A stretch of 64,000 nt of DNA from Promethearchaeati archaeon (GCA_013166775.1 JABLTJ010000007.1:64001-128000); one strand, 5' to 3'; positions 39,303 through 49,331 are shown, numbered from the stretch's first letter. Program-made: numbers and translations. The notes: generated by a model from the letters alone, not told the origin.

Positions 39303-40349
39303 ATGTCTGTTGAGGATTATAGAAAAATCGCCAGAGAAAAAATGAAAGGTCATTGTGGTGTCTATAAACACTGTGATGGAGCAGATATAAGAATCTGCCA
39401 AAGAAATGCTTATGGAAAAGGAATTGGTTTTGGAGGAGTAGGATCGGGTCAGAGTTTCAAAAACAACTTTGAAGCAGTGAATGCAATCAAACTGAAGATG
39501 CGTGTAGTAGGAGATCATTATAATCCAAATACTGAATATGATTTTTTTGGGAATAAACTAACGATGCCTATTATGGGTGCAAGTGTAACTGGTGTTAATT
39601 CGTTTGGAGGAGATGAAGTAATCACTGAATCCGAATTCTGTAAAGCTACTGTTTTGGGTGCGAAATATGCAGGAACTATTGGTTGGAGAGGCGATACATA
39701 TACATATGATTGGGATTTCATGCCTTGCTATGATGCAATATGTAATGTAGCTGAAGGATGGGGAGTCAAAATAAGCAAACCAAGAGATCAAGAGGTTCTG
39801 AAGAAAGTTTTCAAGAAGTATGAAGAAGGTGGAGCGATAGCTGTTGGAACAGATGTTGATGGTTGCGGTTCTACAATTATGGCAGCGCATCAAAAACCTG
39901 TATTCAAAAAATCTCCTGAAGACATAAAAGAGTTAGTCAATTCTACAAAACTTCCTGTTATTATCAAGGGAATCATGACACAAGAAGATGCTATAGCAGC
40001 ATCAGAAGCTGGTGCAGCTGCAATAGTTGTCAGTAATCATGGAGGAAGAGTTCTTGATTATACACCTGGAACAGCTGAAGTACTTCCTTCTATCGTTGAT
40101 GCGATCAAAGGCAGAACACGAATTCTTGTTGATGGTGGAATAAGAAACGGTTATGATGTTCTGAAAATGCTAGCTGTTGGAGCTGAAGCTGTACTTATTG
40201 GTAGAGATATTGTAAGAGCAGCTGTAGGCGGTGGAGCTGAAGGAGTTAAAACACACTTTATTCATCTCCAGAAAACTTTAGAAAAAGCTATGAGAATGAC
40301 CAACGTAGCATCTTTAAGCGATATCACTAGAGAAGTAATATATGGGTAA
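39303..40349 (+). CDS. FMN-dependent alpha-hydroxy acid oxidase/dehydrogenase with N-terminal Cys motif
   Basis: IIKGI, VVSNHGGR, DGGIRNG.DV.K.LA.GA, IGR. Confidence 0.92.
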   Translation: MSVEDYRKIAREKMKGHCGVYKHCDGADIRICQRNAYGKGIGFGGVGSGQSFKNNFEAVNAIKLKMRVVGDHYNPNTEYDFFGNKLTMPIMGASVTGVNSFGGDEVITESEFCKATVLGAKYAGTIGWRGDTYTYDWDFMPCYDAICNVAEGWGVKISKPRDQEVLKKVFKKYEEGGAIAVGTDVDGCGSTIMAAHQKPVFKKSPEDIKELVNSTKLPVIIKGIMTQEDAIAASEAGAAAIVVSNHGGRVLDYTPGTAEVLPSIVDAIKGRTRILVDGGIRNGYDVLKMLAVGAEAVLIGRDIVRAAVGGGAEGVKTHFIHLQKTLEKAMRMTNVASLSDITREVIYG

Positions 40350-40353
40350 CAAT

Positions 40354-41454
40354 CTAAGAAACTAGAATCTTCTTTATTTTTTCAATAGAGATAGCTTCAA
40401 TTTTCTTATCATCCCTTCCTTTCATTGTATTAGCTTTCAATAGAGAGTTTAAGATTGCCTCTTCTGTAGCTTCTACTGTAGCTTTAAGTAAGAAATTGAA
40501 TAACTTAGAAGTTTCATTTGTTATCTCTGTTTCAAATTTGTGATCTTTTCTGTCATGAAGAAGTTTATTAGCAGTTGTAAAAGATATGATAATATCTCCA
40601 GATCCCCAAGACACGAAACTACCAGTCCTGGTAATTCCCAAAGGAGCTCTTTTAGCAATCCTTTGAAGTTGTCTTGAATTCAAAGGTGTATTGGTTGCAA
40701 CAACTACCATTATCGATCCTTTTTCTTTTGATTCGGATTCATCTGTTTCATGTTCATGATGGAATTTTTGACCTAAAATTGTTAAATCTTTTTTGCGACC
40801 AAAGTTTGATAACACAAGAACACCTAGAATATATTCTTCACCTTCAACTACTATTTTTCTGGAAGATGTACCAATTCCAGCTTTATAACCAAATGACACC
40901 ATACCTGTTCCAGCACCAACTGCACCCTCTTCAACATTTGAAGAAGCGTTTTTTATAGCTTCAATTACATGTTCTTTCCTTACATGTCTTCCTTGCATAT
41001 CGTTCAAATAACCATCATTACATTCCCCAACTACTACATTAATTGTTGAGGTTTTGATACCGATATCAGGATTTTCTTCTAGATGATAATCTATCAGAGC
41101 ATCAGCAACTAAAGGTATATTCAAAGTTCCAGTTAATGCAATGACTGATTCAATAGAACCTAGTTCCTGAATCTGTGGTAAACCTATTGCTTTACCATAA
41201 CCATTCATAACAAAAGAACTTGCAACAATTTTTTCTTTGAAAATATTTCCTTGATGAGGAATAATAACTGTTACGCCAGTCCTTACAGGTCCTTTTCCAG
41301 GGATTAATGCTCCTTCTCCTTCAATTATTGTATAATGTCCCACCTTTACTCCTGGAACATCTGTTATTGAGTTCAACTTTCCAATATTTAATTTTCCCAC
41401 TTTCAGACCTAATTCTCTTAATCGGAACCTTTTCTCTGACATGATGATAACCAA
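40354..41454 (-). CDS. dmpA: DmpA-family (P1/S58) aminopeptidase
   Basis: NSITDVPGVKVGH, NGYGK, ECNDG.LND, GAGTGM, G|SI autoprocessing site, SGD. Confidence 0.9.
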   Translation of the reverse strand: MVIIMSEKRFRLRELGLKVGKLNIGKLNSITDVPGVKVGHYTIIEGEGALIPGKGPVRTGVTVIIPHQGNIFKEKIVASSFVMNGYGKAIGLPQIQELGSIESVIALTGTLNIPLVADALIDYHLEENPDIGIKTSTINVVVGECNDGYLNDMQGRHVRKEHVIEAIKNASSNVEEGAVGAGTGMVSFGYKAGIGTSSRKIVVEGEEYILGVLVLSNFGRKKDLTILGQKFHHEHETDESESKEKGSIMVVVATNTPLNSRQLQRIAKRAPLGITRTGSFVSWGSGDIIISFTTANKLLHDRKDHKFETEITNETSKLFNFLLKATVEATEEAILNSLLKANTMKGRDDKKIEAISIEKIKKILVS

Positions 41455-41491
41455 AAATATTAGAATTTGTTTCTTTATAATTTTTTAGTTC

Positions 41492-43204
41492 TCAAGTATA
41501 GTAGTAAGTTTCCAAAACTAGTTTTGAGTAGATCTCATCATACATAGCAACCATTGACTCTTTTGCTAAATCTTTCTCGAAGTTTCTATTTTTTCTAGCT
41601 TCTGGTTGACGAAATCTCCAGATACTAACAAAGAGCTGGAAGAATAATTTGAGCATATACCAGATACTCAGAGGTAATGCTAGGATAACCTTAAACAGGA
41701 ATAGGAATGCTTTCCATAGCATCTTCAGGACTTCTTTTGCTTCAGCTAGATTTTGTTTCTCTTTTTTGTCTATGTTTTTAGCTTCTTCTAGTAGTATAGA
41801 AAATAATCCCCTTTGAATTTCAGCAAATCTTGTTCCTAAAAATACTCCAGCTCTTTTACTCCATCCTTTAGAAAATCTTTGTTTCATATAGCTTCCTATA
41901 TGTTTTCCATAAGATATGAAAGCATCAAAGAGTTCGATATAAGGTACAACTAAACCATAAGAAAGATTTCGTAATTTTATTCTTAATCCTCGTTTGAATT
42001 TCGGTTTAGCAAAGTGATCTAAAATATATCTTTGAGCTCCTAGAGCTAAAGAGAAAGCTAATTGATTGTACTCTATATCACTCATTGGCATATCATAGCG
42101 AGTTTCTACAGCCATTACTCCCTTAAGTGCACCTGTGAGTAAAATTGAACTGTAAAATGGTTTAGAGACGAATTTGTCTTGGAGTTTTACTGTAACAAAA
42201 TCAAAAGTTTGCTTGGCTTCTTTGTATGAGAGATTGTGTTTTTGCGAAAATGCACCTAAACCAGGTTCTTTTATCCATGGTATCAGAGTGGTTTCTTTTT
42301 GCCATATTTCAAGAGCAAAAGCACGCGAAATATAATCTTCAATTTGAGTCATATCCAATCTATCTTCAGTTTTAGATGAGAGAAATCTACGATAAACATC
42401 TTTAGTTTTTTCAGATAACGATGTAGGATCAAGATTTAGTATATTAGTGAATCTTCTCCGTAGATTTTTCAAATCACCCATTAAATCAATTTTAAACTCT
42501 TCATAAGTTTCTTGAGAGATAGGAGGCGCATCAAAAAATGAAAAGCTAGCTTTTGAAGCTAGATAAGGTAGTGCAAATAAATCTTCAACTTTTTGATAGT
42601 ATGAAGCGAATCTATAAGCACCTATTTTAACCATTCTAAGACTTGCTTTGTGGAATAAACTGTAAATAGGACCGGTAATAGTGGCAATAAAAGAAAGAAT
42701 ACCCATAACAGTAGAACAAATAATTGCGATTACAGTGAGTAGCAACCATCGAGCAGTTTCACCAAGTCTTTGGAAGAATTCAAATCGATTAGTAATAGCA
42801 TCTAAAAGAGCATCAAAATTGGTTGTTTGACTTTGAATTAAAACCAAAGAAGCAACAATGATGACAACAATGATGAGAACATGATCATAGGTTTCACCCA
42901 CTCCTCTTTGGATTGGATAAGCTTTATTGATTCGATCTTCTCGGATAATTATCTCATCAATTTCTTCCTCAATCTTGACCATTTCCATTTTTTCACTACT
43001 AGAAAATAAATTGGAAATATAAACTAGGTATTTTCTCCAGAGATTAAGAATTGGAACAAGCTCACGTAAACCTCTAGGGATAAGAATCTCATAAATCTGA
43101 AAGATGAATTTAGCAAATACAACAGCAAGATAGAGAACTATTCCTCCTAACCATAAGAAGGGAAGTAAAAACATTTTGAATATCTTGGCAATGCTCATTT
43201 TCAT
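41492..43204 (-). CDS. multi-pass membrane protein of unknown family (paralogue A)
   Basis: Several TM/amphipathic segments; full-length similarity to 61560-63383. Confidence 0.8.
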   Translation of the reverse strand: MKMSIAKIFKMFLLPFLWLGGIVLYLAVVFAKFIFQIYEILIPRGLRELVPILNLWRKYLVYISNLFSSSEKMEMVKIEEEIDEIIIREDRINKAYPIQRGVGETYDHVLIIVVIIVASLVLIQSQTTNFDALLDAITNRFEFFQRLGETARWLLLTVIAIICSTVMGILSFIATITGPIYSLFHKASLRMVKIGAYRFASYYQKVEDLFALPYLASKASFSFFDAPPISQETYEEFKIDLMGDLKNLRRRFTNILNLDPTSLSEKTKDVYRRFLSSKTEDRLDMTQIEDYISRAFALEIWQKETTLIPWIKEPGLGAFSQKHNLSYKEAKQTFDFVTVKLQDKFVSKPFYSSILLTGALKGVMAVETRYDMPMSDIEYNQLAFSLALGAQRYILDHFAKPKFKRGLRIKLRNLSYGLVVPYIELFDAFISYGKHIGSYMKQRFSKGWSKRAGVFLGTRFAEIQRGLFSILLEEAKNIDKKEKQNLAEAKEVLKMLWKAFLFLFKVILALPLSIWYMLKLFFQLFVSIWRFRQPEARKNRNFEKDLAKESMVAMYDEIYSKLVLETYYYT

Positions 43205-43295
43205 AATTACATTAAAGTTGTTAAACTTCCTTTAATTTTAATTTTTTGATACGTTTATTATAATAAAAATAAAAGAAAGAAAGAAAAATTAAGGA

Positions 43296-44303
43296 TTAAT
43301 ACTTAATTCTTGGATCAATAAACACGTACGTGATATCCGTCAGTAACCTAGCAATTAGGAACAAAAATGGAAAGATTGTGTTCGTAGCCATCATTAAAGG
43401 GTAGTCCCTGAAAAGTGCTCCGTTAAGAAAATACGTTCCGATTCCAGGCCACCCGAAGACTCGTTCGATCATTACTGATCCACCTAATAATCCAGGTAGC
43501 GAATTACCGATTATTGTCACTATTGGTAAGAGTCCGTTTCTAAATGCGTGTTTATATATCACTCCTCTGTTTGAAACTCCTTTCGCTTTCGCTGTCGTCA
43601 CATAATCTTGTCTAAGAATTTCTAGTAATTGTGATCGCATTAATCTTGCCATAAAAACAAGATGCCCAAGTGTTAGCGCTAGTGTCGGCAGTATCAGATA
43701 TTTATAGAATTGTCCGTTTAGCATTAGTGGTTTTATAAACGCATCCTTATTTGTTACTCCTGTAAAATTAAATAATTGATAGGATCCTAGCATTAGCAGT
43801 TTGGCGATCCAAAATAGTGGCATTGAGTAGCCAACAAGCATTGCTATAGTTAATGTTTTATCCCAGAATGACCTCATTCTAGTTGCTGAAATTACTCCTA
43901 TTGCTGTAGATAAAAGTAGAGAAACTATAAATGAAATTATGTTGAGGATAACACTATAGAATAAATGATCTTCAAGTATTTTGGTTATTGGGATTCCAGA
44001 TCCTGCTTTTGTATAATACCAGCTTGATCCGAAATCAAAACGTAATAGATCACTTACAAAATCGAAATATCTTGAGTACCATGGGACAGTATACATACTT
44101 TCATCTAACAATCCCATCTCAATTGCTTCTCTGTTATATGCCCGATTATAGCAATCTTCTGATTCACAGTGTATTAGTCCTAATCTGATGATAACAGGAT
44201 CTCCAGGAGAGATATTGATTAGGGTGAAATTCATTAAAGTTATTCCTAACATCAATGGTATTATGTACAGAACTCTTCGAATAATATATCCTCTTAAAGA
44301 CAA
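43296..44303 (-). CDS. oligopeptide ABC permease (OppB/DppB-like)
   Basis: YIIRR, PGDP, DFG.S, QDYVTTAKAKG EAA loop, HAFRN, IERVFGWPGIG, RDYP, DPRI. Confidence 0.92.
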   Translation of the reverse strand: MSLRGYIIRRVLYIIPLMLGITLMNFTLINISPGDPVIIRLGLIHCESEDCYNRAYNREAIEMGLLDESMYTVPWYSRYFDFVSDLLRFDFGSSWYYTKAGSGIPITKILEDHLFYSVILNIISFIVSLLLSTAIGVISATRMRSFWDKTLTIAMLVGYSMPLFWIAKLLMLGSYQLFNFTGVTNKDAFIKPLMLNGQFYKYLILPTLALTLGHLVFMARLMRSQLLEILRQDYVTTAKAKGVSNRGVIYKHAFRNGLLPIVTIIGNSLPGLLGGSVMIERVFGWPGIGTYFLNGALFRDYPLMMATNTIFPFLFLIARLLTDITYVFIDPRIKY

Positions 44304-44380
44304 ATAACTACACTTTCCTACTACTCAACAAATTGACACCTTTATGATTGTTTCTATGTGTATAAATTTATTTTTTTTAC

Positions 44381-44426
44381 TACGAATATATATTCATAGA
44401 GAAACACTTATGAATAATTATTCATA
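44381..44426. promoter_or_regulatory. tandem 18-bp palindromic operators upstream of the DUF134 operon
   Basis: Perfect TATGAATAATTATTCATA (44409-44426) and near-perfect TACGAATATATATTCATA (44381-44398). Confidence 0.75.
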
Positions 44427-44433
44427 GATATAC

Positions 44434-44727
44434 ATGATGGTTCAAAGACGAAAGGAGAGGAGATGTATTGACTTTAAAGGGGAGGTTTTCAAACCTATTG
44501 GCATCCCCATGGTTGATTTAGAAACTGTGGAGCTAACTAAGGAAGAATTTACAGCAATGTACTATTCGGATTATTTACAACTGAAACAGACAAAAGCTGC
44601 GAAGAAAATGGAAATCTCTCAAGCATCGTTTAGTAGAGAGCTTTCTCTAGCTCATAAGAAACTCTCTGATGCTCTAATAAATACCAAAGCAATTCAGTTT
44701 GAGATTGAACCTATCAGCGACTCATAA
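44434..44727 (+). CDS. DUF134 HTH regulator
   Basis: FKPIGIP, EEF.A....DY....Q..AA.KM.ISQ.SF. Confidence 0.85.
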   Translation: MMVQRRKERRCIDFKGEVFKPIGIPMVDLETVELTKEEFTAMYYSDYLQLKQTKAAKKMEISQASFSRELSLAHKKLSDALINTKAIQFEIEPISDS

Positions 44728-44740
44728 GAAGGAACTAAAA

Positions 44741-45070
44741 ATGAAAATAGCATTACCTGTTGCTACAAGAGATGAAAATTGTGTACTAGATAATAGATTT
44801 GGCAGAGGATCATTTTACTATATTTTTGACACGGAAAATGATTCTTTTGAAATAGTTGACAATCCTGCAAAACAAGCACGAGGGGGTGCAGGAATTCAAG
44901 CTGTGGAATATCTAATCAGTAAAGGTATTGAATCAGTGATAATCCCTGAAATGGGTCCAAATGCAGAAAGAGTTTTGCGCTCTGCTAACATTAGTGTTTT
45001 TCAAGGAGAGATTCTTCCAGCTAAAGTACTTGTAGAAAAATGGAAGAACAAGTCATTAAAAGAGATATAG
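44741..45070 (+). CDS. NifB/NifX-family (FeMo-cofactor-binding-like) protein
   Basis: MKIALP, RFGR, GAGI, MGPNA; start refined from 44699. Confidence 0.88.
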   Translation: MKIALPVATRDENCVLDNRFGRGSFYYIFDTENDSFEIVDNPAKQARGGAGIQAVEYLISKGIESVIIPEMGPNAERVLRSANISVFQGEILPAKVLVEKWKNKSLKEI

Positions 45071-45078
45071 GTGAAAGA

Positions 45079-45426
45079 ATGAAATTTGCAATACCAGTAG
45101 AAGATGATAATAGTTGGAATTCGGAGATAGGATTTCATTTCGGAAGAGTCCCATTTTTTGCTATATGGGATGATGGTGATGATTCAATAAATGTTATTGA
45201 AAATAAAAGCTCTCATAGAGGAGGAACAAAGTTACCTGCAGAATTCTTGGCAGATCATTGTAACGGAATTTTATCAAGTGGAATAGGATCAAGAGCAATA
45301 ACGCTTTGTAACCAGTATGGTGTAAAAGTATTCATGGGAGCAACTGGAACCGTAAAGGAAACAGTTGAACTTTATAAAGCAGGAAAACTGAATGAAGCAA
45401 ATCCTGATGAAGGTTGTCAGCACTGA
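45079..45426 (+). CDS. NifB/NifX-family protein
   Basis: MKFAIP, HFGR, GIG.RA, C-terminal CQH; GGTGA RBS; start refined from 45040. Confidence 0.88.
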   Translation: MKFAIPVEDDNSWNSEIGFHFGRVPFFAIWDDGDDSINVIENKSSHRGGTKLPAEFLADHCNGILSSGIGSRAITLCNQYGVKVFMGATGTVKETVELYKAGKLNEANPDEGCQH

Positions 45427-45444
45427 AATGAGGATCAGAAACAA

Positions 45445-46287
45445 ATGCAGATAACAATCGCATCAGGCAAAGGTGGTACTGGAAAGACCACTATAGCTAC
45501 AAGTCTCTTTCTTTCTCATGAAAATATACAGCTTCTTGATGCTGATGTAGATGAACCTAATTGTTCACTATTTTTGAGCATAAGTGTGAAAGAAGTTGGT
45601 GAAGCACAGATATTAGTTCCTGAAATTGATTACACTAAATGTACTCACTGTGGAATATGTAGTGAAAACTGTGAATTTCATTCTCTAATCAATCTTCCAG
45701 GTCAAATATTAGTTTTCGAGAAAATTTGTCATGGTTGTGGTGTATGTTCATATTTATGTCCAGAGAAAGCGATATCAGAAAAACCTAGAACAATTGGGAA
45801 AATATTCGCAGGCACTGATAAAGAATTAATATTTCATTATGGTGAATTAATTGTAGGAGAAGAATTAAGCACTCCTGTAATTGCGAAATTAAAGAATTTT
45901 ATCCATCAAGAAAAAGGTCTAATAATAATTGATTCTCCTCCAGGTTCAGCATGCTCAATGGTAGAAGCTGTAATTAATTCAGATTATGTTATTATTGTAG
46001 CTGAGCCTACACCTTTTGGTCTATCAGATATGCAAATAGTTGTTGAAACTCTGAGAAGAATAAAAATGGAATTTGGAGTAATTATTAACAAAGATGGAAT
46101 AGGAAATGACGAACTAGAGACTTTTTGCACTGAAGAAGAAATTCCTATACTTATGAAGGTACCATTCGATATTGAAATTGCTCAGAAGTATTCTGAAGGT
46201 AAAACATTAGCAGTAAGTTCACCGTACTGGAAAAAAAAATTCATCGAACTGATAAAGAAAATTAAGGGAGAAATCAACAATGACTAA
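45445..46287 (+). CDS. MinD-like P-loop ATPase with inserted 2x[4Fe-4S] ferredoxin
   Basis: SGKGGTGKT, DADVDEPN, CxxCxxCxxxC twice, DSPPG..C, EPTPFG. Confidence 0.92.
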   Translation: MQITIASGKGGTGKTTIATSLFLSHENIQLLDADVDEPNCSLFLSISVKEVGEAQILVPEIDYTKCTHCGICSENCEFHSLINLPGQILVFEKICHGCGVCSYLCPEKAISEKPRTIGKIFAGTDKELIFHYGELIVGEELSTPVIAKLKNFIHQEKGLIIIDSPPGSACSMVEAVINSDYVIIVAEPTPFGLSDMQIVVETLRRIKMEFGVIINKDGIGNDELETFCTEEEIPILMKVPFDIEIAQKYSEGKTLAVSSPYWKKKFIELIKKIKGEINND

Positions 46288-47179
46288 GAATGTGAAGATT
46301 AATCAAGTTACAGTTATATCTGGGAAGGGAGGGACAGGGAAAAGTTCGATTATTGCTTCTCTTGCTTATCAGCTTAAAGAAATTTCGATATTAGCTGATG
46401 CAGATGTTGATGCTCCTGACTTGTATTTGATTTTTGATCCAAAAGAAACTGAGCAATTTAGTTATTATGGATTGAAGAAAGCTGTAATTGATAAAGAACT
46501 ATGTGTAGAATGTAATGAATGTAGAGATTCATGTAGATTTGAAGCAATTAAAGAAAGTTTAACGGTAAATGATTTCAAATGTGAGGGATGTAGTATGTGT
46601 TTTCACGTTTGTCCAGAAAATGCAATCAAGATGGTTGACAGAGTATCAGGAATTTATATGAGCTCGAACACAAGAATCGGAAAAATGGTTCATGCACGTT
46701 TAAATCCTGGAGAAGAAAGTTCAGGACTATTAGTTGCAGAGGTAAGAAAACTATCAAAGAAAGAAGCAGAAAAAGAGAAAATGAAATTAATCCTAATAGA
46801 TGGATCGCCAGGAATTGGTTGTCCTGTAATTAGCTCGCTTACTGGCGCAGATCTAGCTTTAGTAGTTACAGAACCCACTTTATCAGGATACCATGATCTG
46901 AAAAGAATTCTAGAATTGCTAAAACAGTTTAACATAGGTGGATATGTAATAATAAACAGATTTGATATAAATGAAAGGATTTCGAATGATATTGAAGAAT
47001 ATTGTAAAGAAGATTTCCCAGTTATAGAAAAAATACCTTTCAACAATATATTCACACAAGCTATGATTCAGAAAAAAACAGTTCTGGAGATGGTTTCAGA
47101 AGATGTTGATGTGATTGAGATTCAAAGAATATTAAGAAATATATCGAATTTCATCACATCTCACGATAAAATTTTATAA
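46280..47179 (+). CDS. MinD-like P-loop ATPase with ferredoxin (second paralogue)
   Basis: SGKGGTGKS, DADVDAPDL, two ferredoxin motifs, DGSPGIGCPV, EPT.SG.HD. Confidence 0.92.
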   Translation: MTKNVKINQVTVISGKGGTGKSSIIASLAYQLKEISILADADVDAPDLYLIFDPKETEQFSYYGLKKAVIDKELCVECNECRDSCRFEAIKESLTVNDFKCEGCSMCFHVCPENAIKMVDRVSGIYMSSNTRIGKMVHARLNPGEESSGLLVAEVRKLSKKEAEKEKMKLILIDGSPGIGCPVISSLTGADLALVVTEPTLSGYHDLKRILELLKQFNIGGYVIINRFDINERISNDIEEYCKEDFPVIEKIPFNNIFTQAMIQKKTVLEMVSEDVDVIEIQRILRNISNFITSHDKIL

Positions 47180-47200
47180 TAACCACTCTATTTAATTTGT

Positions 47201-48031
47201 ATGGAATATAAGGAAGACTATTTTACTGGATTGAAAAACCATAGAATCTATTATCAATCATGGATACCAAAAAAACCTAAAGCTGTTGTTCAAATATTCC
47301 ATGGTGGATTTGAGCATTTAGGCAGATACAAATATTTGGTAGAAAGACTAGCAGAAGAGAATATTATAGTTTATGGAAATGATCACAGAGGTCATGGAAA
47401 GAGTGAAGGAAAGAGGAATCATATAATGTCTTTTGATGATTACGTAGAGGATTGCTATACTCTAAGTAATTTAATAAAAGAAGAACACCCAAATATACCA
47501 TTTTTCGTTCTAGGTCATTCAATGGGATCTTTTATTGCTCAAAGATTTGCTCTCAAATATCAACAAGAGCTAAAAGGTTTGATTCTCTCAGGTTCAGGTA
47601 CAAATATTATGGAAATACCAGGTCTCCTTCGCATGCTAGCAAGGATTATGGTAAAAATATATCCTTCGTTTAAAGCAGCTTCAAATCTAGACCCTAATGA
47701 GATTTCATCAGATCCTGAGTCTGTAGCTGATTATACTAGTGATCCTCTTATAAACTATAAAGTTGCTTCAGCTGGAATGGGTGTAGCATTTATGGATCAC
47801 TACAAAGAAATTAAACAGAGGATTGGAGAAATTCAAATCCCCGTGCTTATCCAGAAAGGTGAATTAGATACTATGGTACTTGGATTAGATGAGTTAAACA
47901 CAGATTTGAATCCCAAAGATAAAACAGTAAAAATCTATAAAGGTTGTAAACACGAAGTATATCAAGAAAATAAGAAAATGAGAACTGAAGCTTTTTCTGA
48001 TCTAGTTGAATGGTTAAATTCTCATTTATGA
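47201..48031 (+). CDS. alpha/beta hydrolase (lysophospholipase/monoacylglycerol lipase)
   Basis: HG..EH..RY, DHRGHG.S, GHSMG, D, HE. Confidence 0.9.
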   Translation: MEYKEDYFTGLKNHRIYYQSWIPKKPKAVVQIFHGGFEHLGRYKYLVERLAEENIIVYGNDHRGHGKSEGKRNHIMSFDDYVEDCYTLSNLIKEEHPNIPFFVLGHSMGSFIAQRFALKYQQELKGLILSGSGTNIMEIPGLLRMLARIMVKIYPSFKAASNLDPNEISSDPESVADYTSDPLINYKVASAGMGVAFMDHYKEIKQRIGEIQIPVLIQKGELDTMVLGLDELNTDLNPKDKTVKIYKGCKHEVYQENKKMRTEAFSDLVEWLNSHL

Positions 48032-48042
48032 AATGAACAATT

Positions 48043-49218
48043 CTATTCAGGATCTTCAGGACTTGAATATTCTTTTATTAGAAGTCCATCTCCTGCTTTT
48101 ATTTTCTCATTATCTTTAGGGAAAAGGGAATATAGACCTCTTTGTCGAATTGCTAGAATCTGCATGAAATCGTTCAGATATTCAGCTTCTTTTACTGTCT
48201 TACCTATATAGGGTGAATCTTTCGTAACTGGAATATAATCCAAAGCTTCCGAAGAATCGTCAACAACTTCTTCAAGTATTGTATAAGGTTTATGTCTAGT
48301 TGTAACTCCAAAAGAAATTTTGATAGCTGCATCCGCAATCTCTTCAAAAGAATCTGCCATTCTTAGGTATGCCATAAGTGTTTTCTTTCCAATCATTTCC
48401 TGTTTATATAAGCGCAATACCTCTTCGATCAACTCATATTGGAGATTATCAATTTTATCTTCTGTTGATAAGATTAAACTCTTGATTTCTGGTAAATCTT
48501 CAAAGGCATATACATAAGCTAAATCTACAGCTAATTCAGCAGATTCCTTCATAGTAACAAGTAAATCTTGATGATATTTTAGCTCTTTTTCTGGAGTGAT
48601 TTCTCCTTGTTTAATAATAGCGTCTCTAGCTTGTTCAACAGTCTGATGTTCTCCCTTTGCTAAAGAAATGAAATGATTTACATTCTCTAAAGGTCCTCTG
48701 AATATCAATAAATCACCAGCCTTCATTATCTCATCATAATTGGTTAAGAGCTTTGTATCTGGTCTGATGATACCTATAATATCCACTCCTAACATATCAT
48801 GAATGCATGACGATAATTCAGATTCATCACACAAAACTGATGATCCTTCCAAAGGAACGAGATCCACAAGTTGATCCATATGCTGTTGAACTAGCTTTAA
48901 TTCGTTCTCCATCTGGTAATCCAATAGGACTAAAGAAGCTATATCTGCTGCAGAGTCTGATATGATATTATTAGCTTCTCCTATTATATAGTAAATTCTA
49001 AGCTGTTCTGCTTGATTACGACTCTTAATTGACAATGACAAATAATCTAGAAGTTTCTTATACAAATCATCGATTTTTTCTTCTAAAACTAAAACTTGCT
49101 CAGCGACAACTCTATCTGAATATAAGAGAGATGCAAAAGCTAAATCTACACATATCTCAGAGAGCGTTTTCATTTCTATTAATATGTCTTTAACACTATC
49201 GGGTTCTTCACTGCTCAT
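48043..49218 (-). CDS. duplicated PhoU + TrkA-C (RCK_C) domain protein
   Basis: Two repeats of MK..SE..VDLA...E.KID.L...I.D.A..I, each followed by an RCK_C-like unit. Confidence 0.8.
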   Translation of the reverse strand: MSSEEPDSVKDILIEMKTLSEICVDLAFASLLYSDRVVAEQVLVLEEKIDDLYKKLLDYLSLSIKSRNQAEQLRIYYIIGEANNIISDSAADIASLVLLDYQMENELKLVQQHMDQLVDLVPLEGSSVLCDESELSSCIHDMLGVDIIGIIRPDTKLLTNYDEIMKAGDLLIFRGPLENVNHFISLAKGEHQTVEQARDAIIKQGEITPEKELKYHQDLLVTMKESAELAVDLAYVYAFEDLPEIKSLILSTEDKIDNLQYELIEEVLRLYKQEMIGKKTLMAYLRMADSFEEIADAAIKISFGVTTRHKPYTILEEVVDDSSEALDYIPVTKDSPYIGKTVKEAEYLNDFMQILAIRQRGLYSLFPKDNEKIKAGDGLLIKEYSSPEDPE

Positions 49219-49331
49219 TGATGATCGAACACTCTTTCAGTAAGAATTTATCTTGTACAAATATCAACTTTTCGTTTTTTAATCATTTTACATGAAGAAA
49301 AGTTAAGAAGTGCAAGTTTTAAGCTGAAAAT

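Noticed and set aside
39363-39368. TAT AAA after GHCGVY: a -1 slip would hit TAA and release a peptide ending in CGVY
   Set aside because: There is no slippery sequence allowing tRNA re-pairing, and TATAAA is very common in AT-rich DNA.
44741-45426. NifB/NifX-like genes as evidence of nitrogen fixation
   Set aside because: There is no nifHDK, and this DUF134-linked operon is common in non-diazotrophs.
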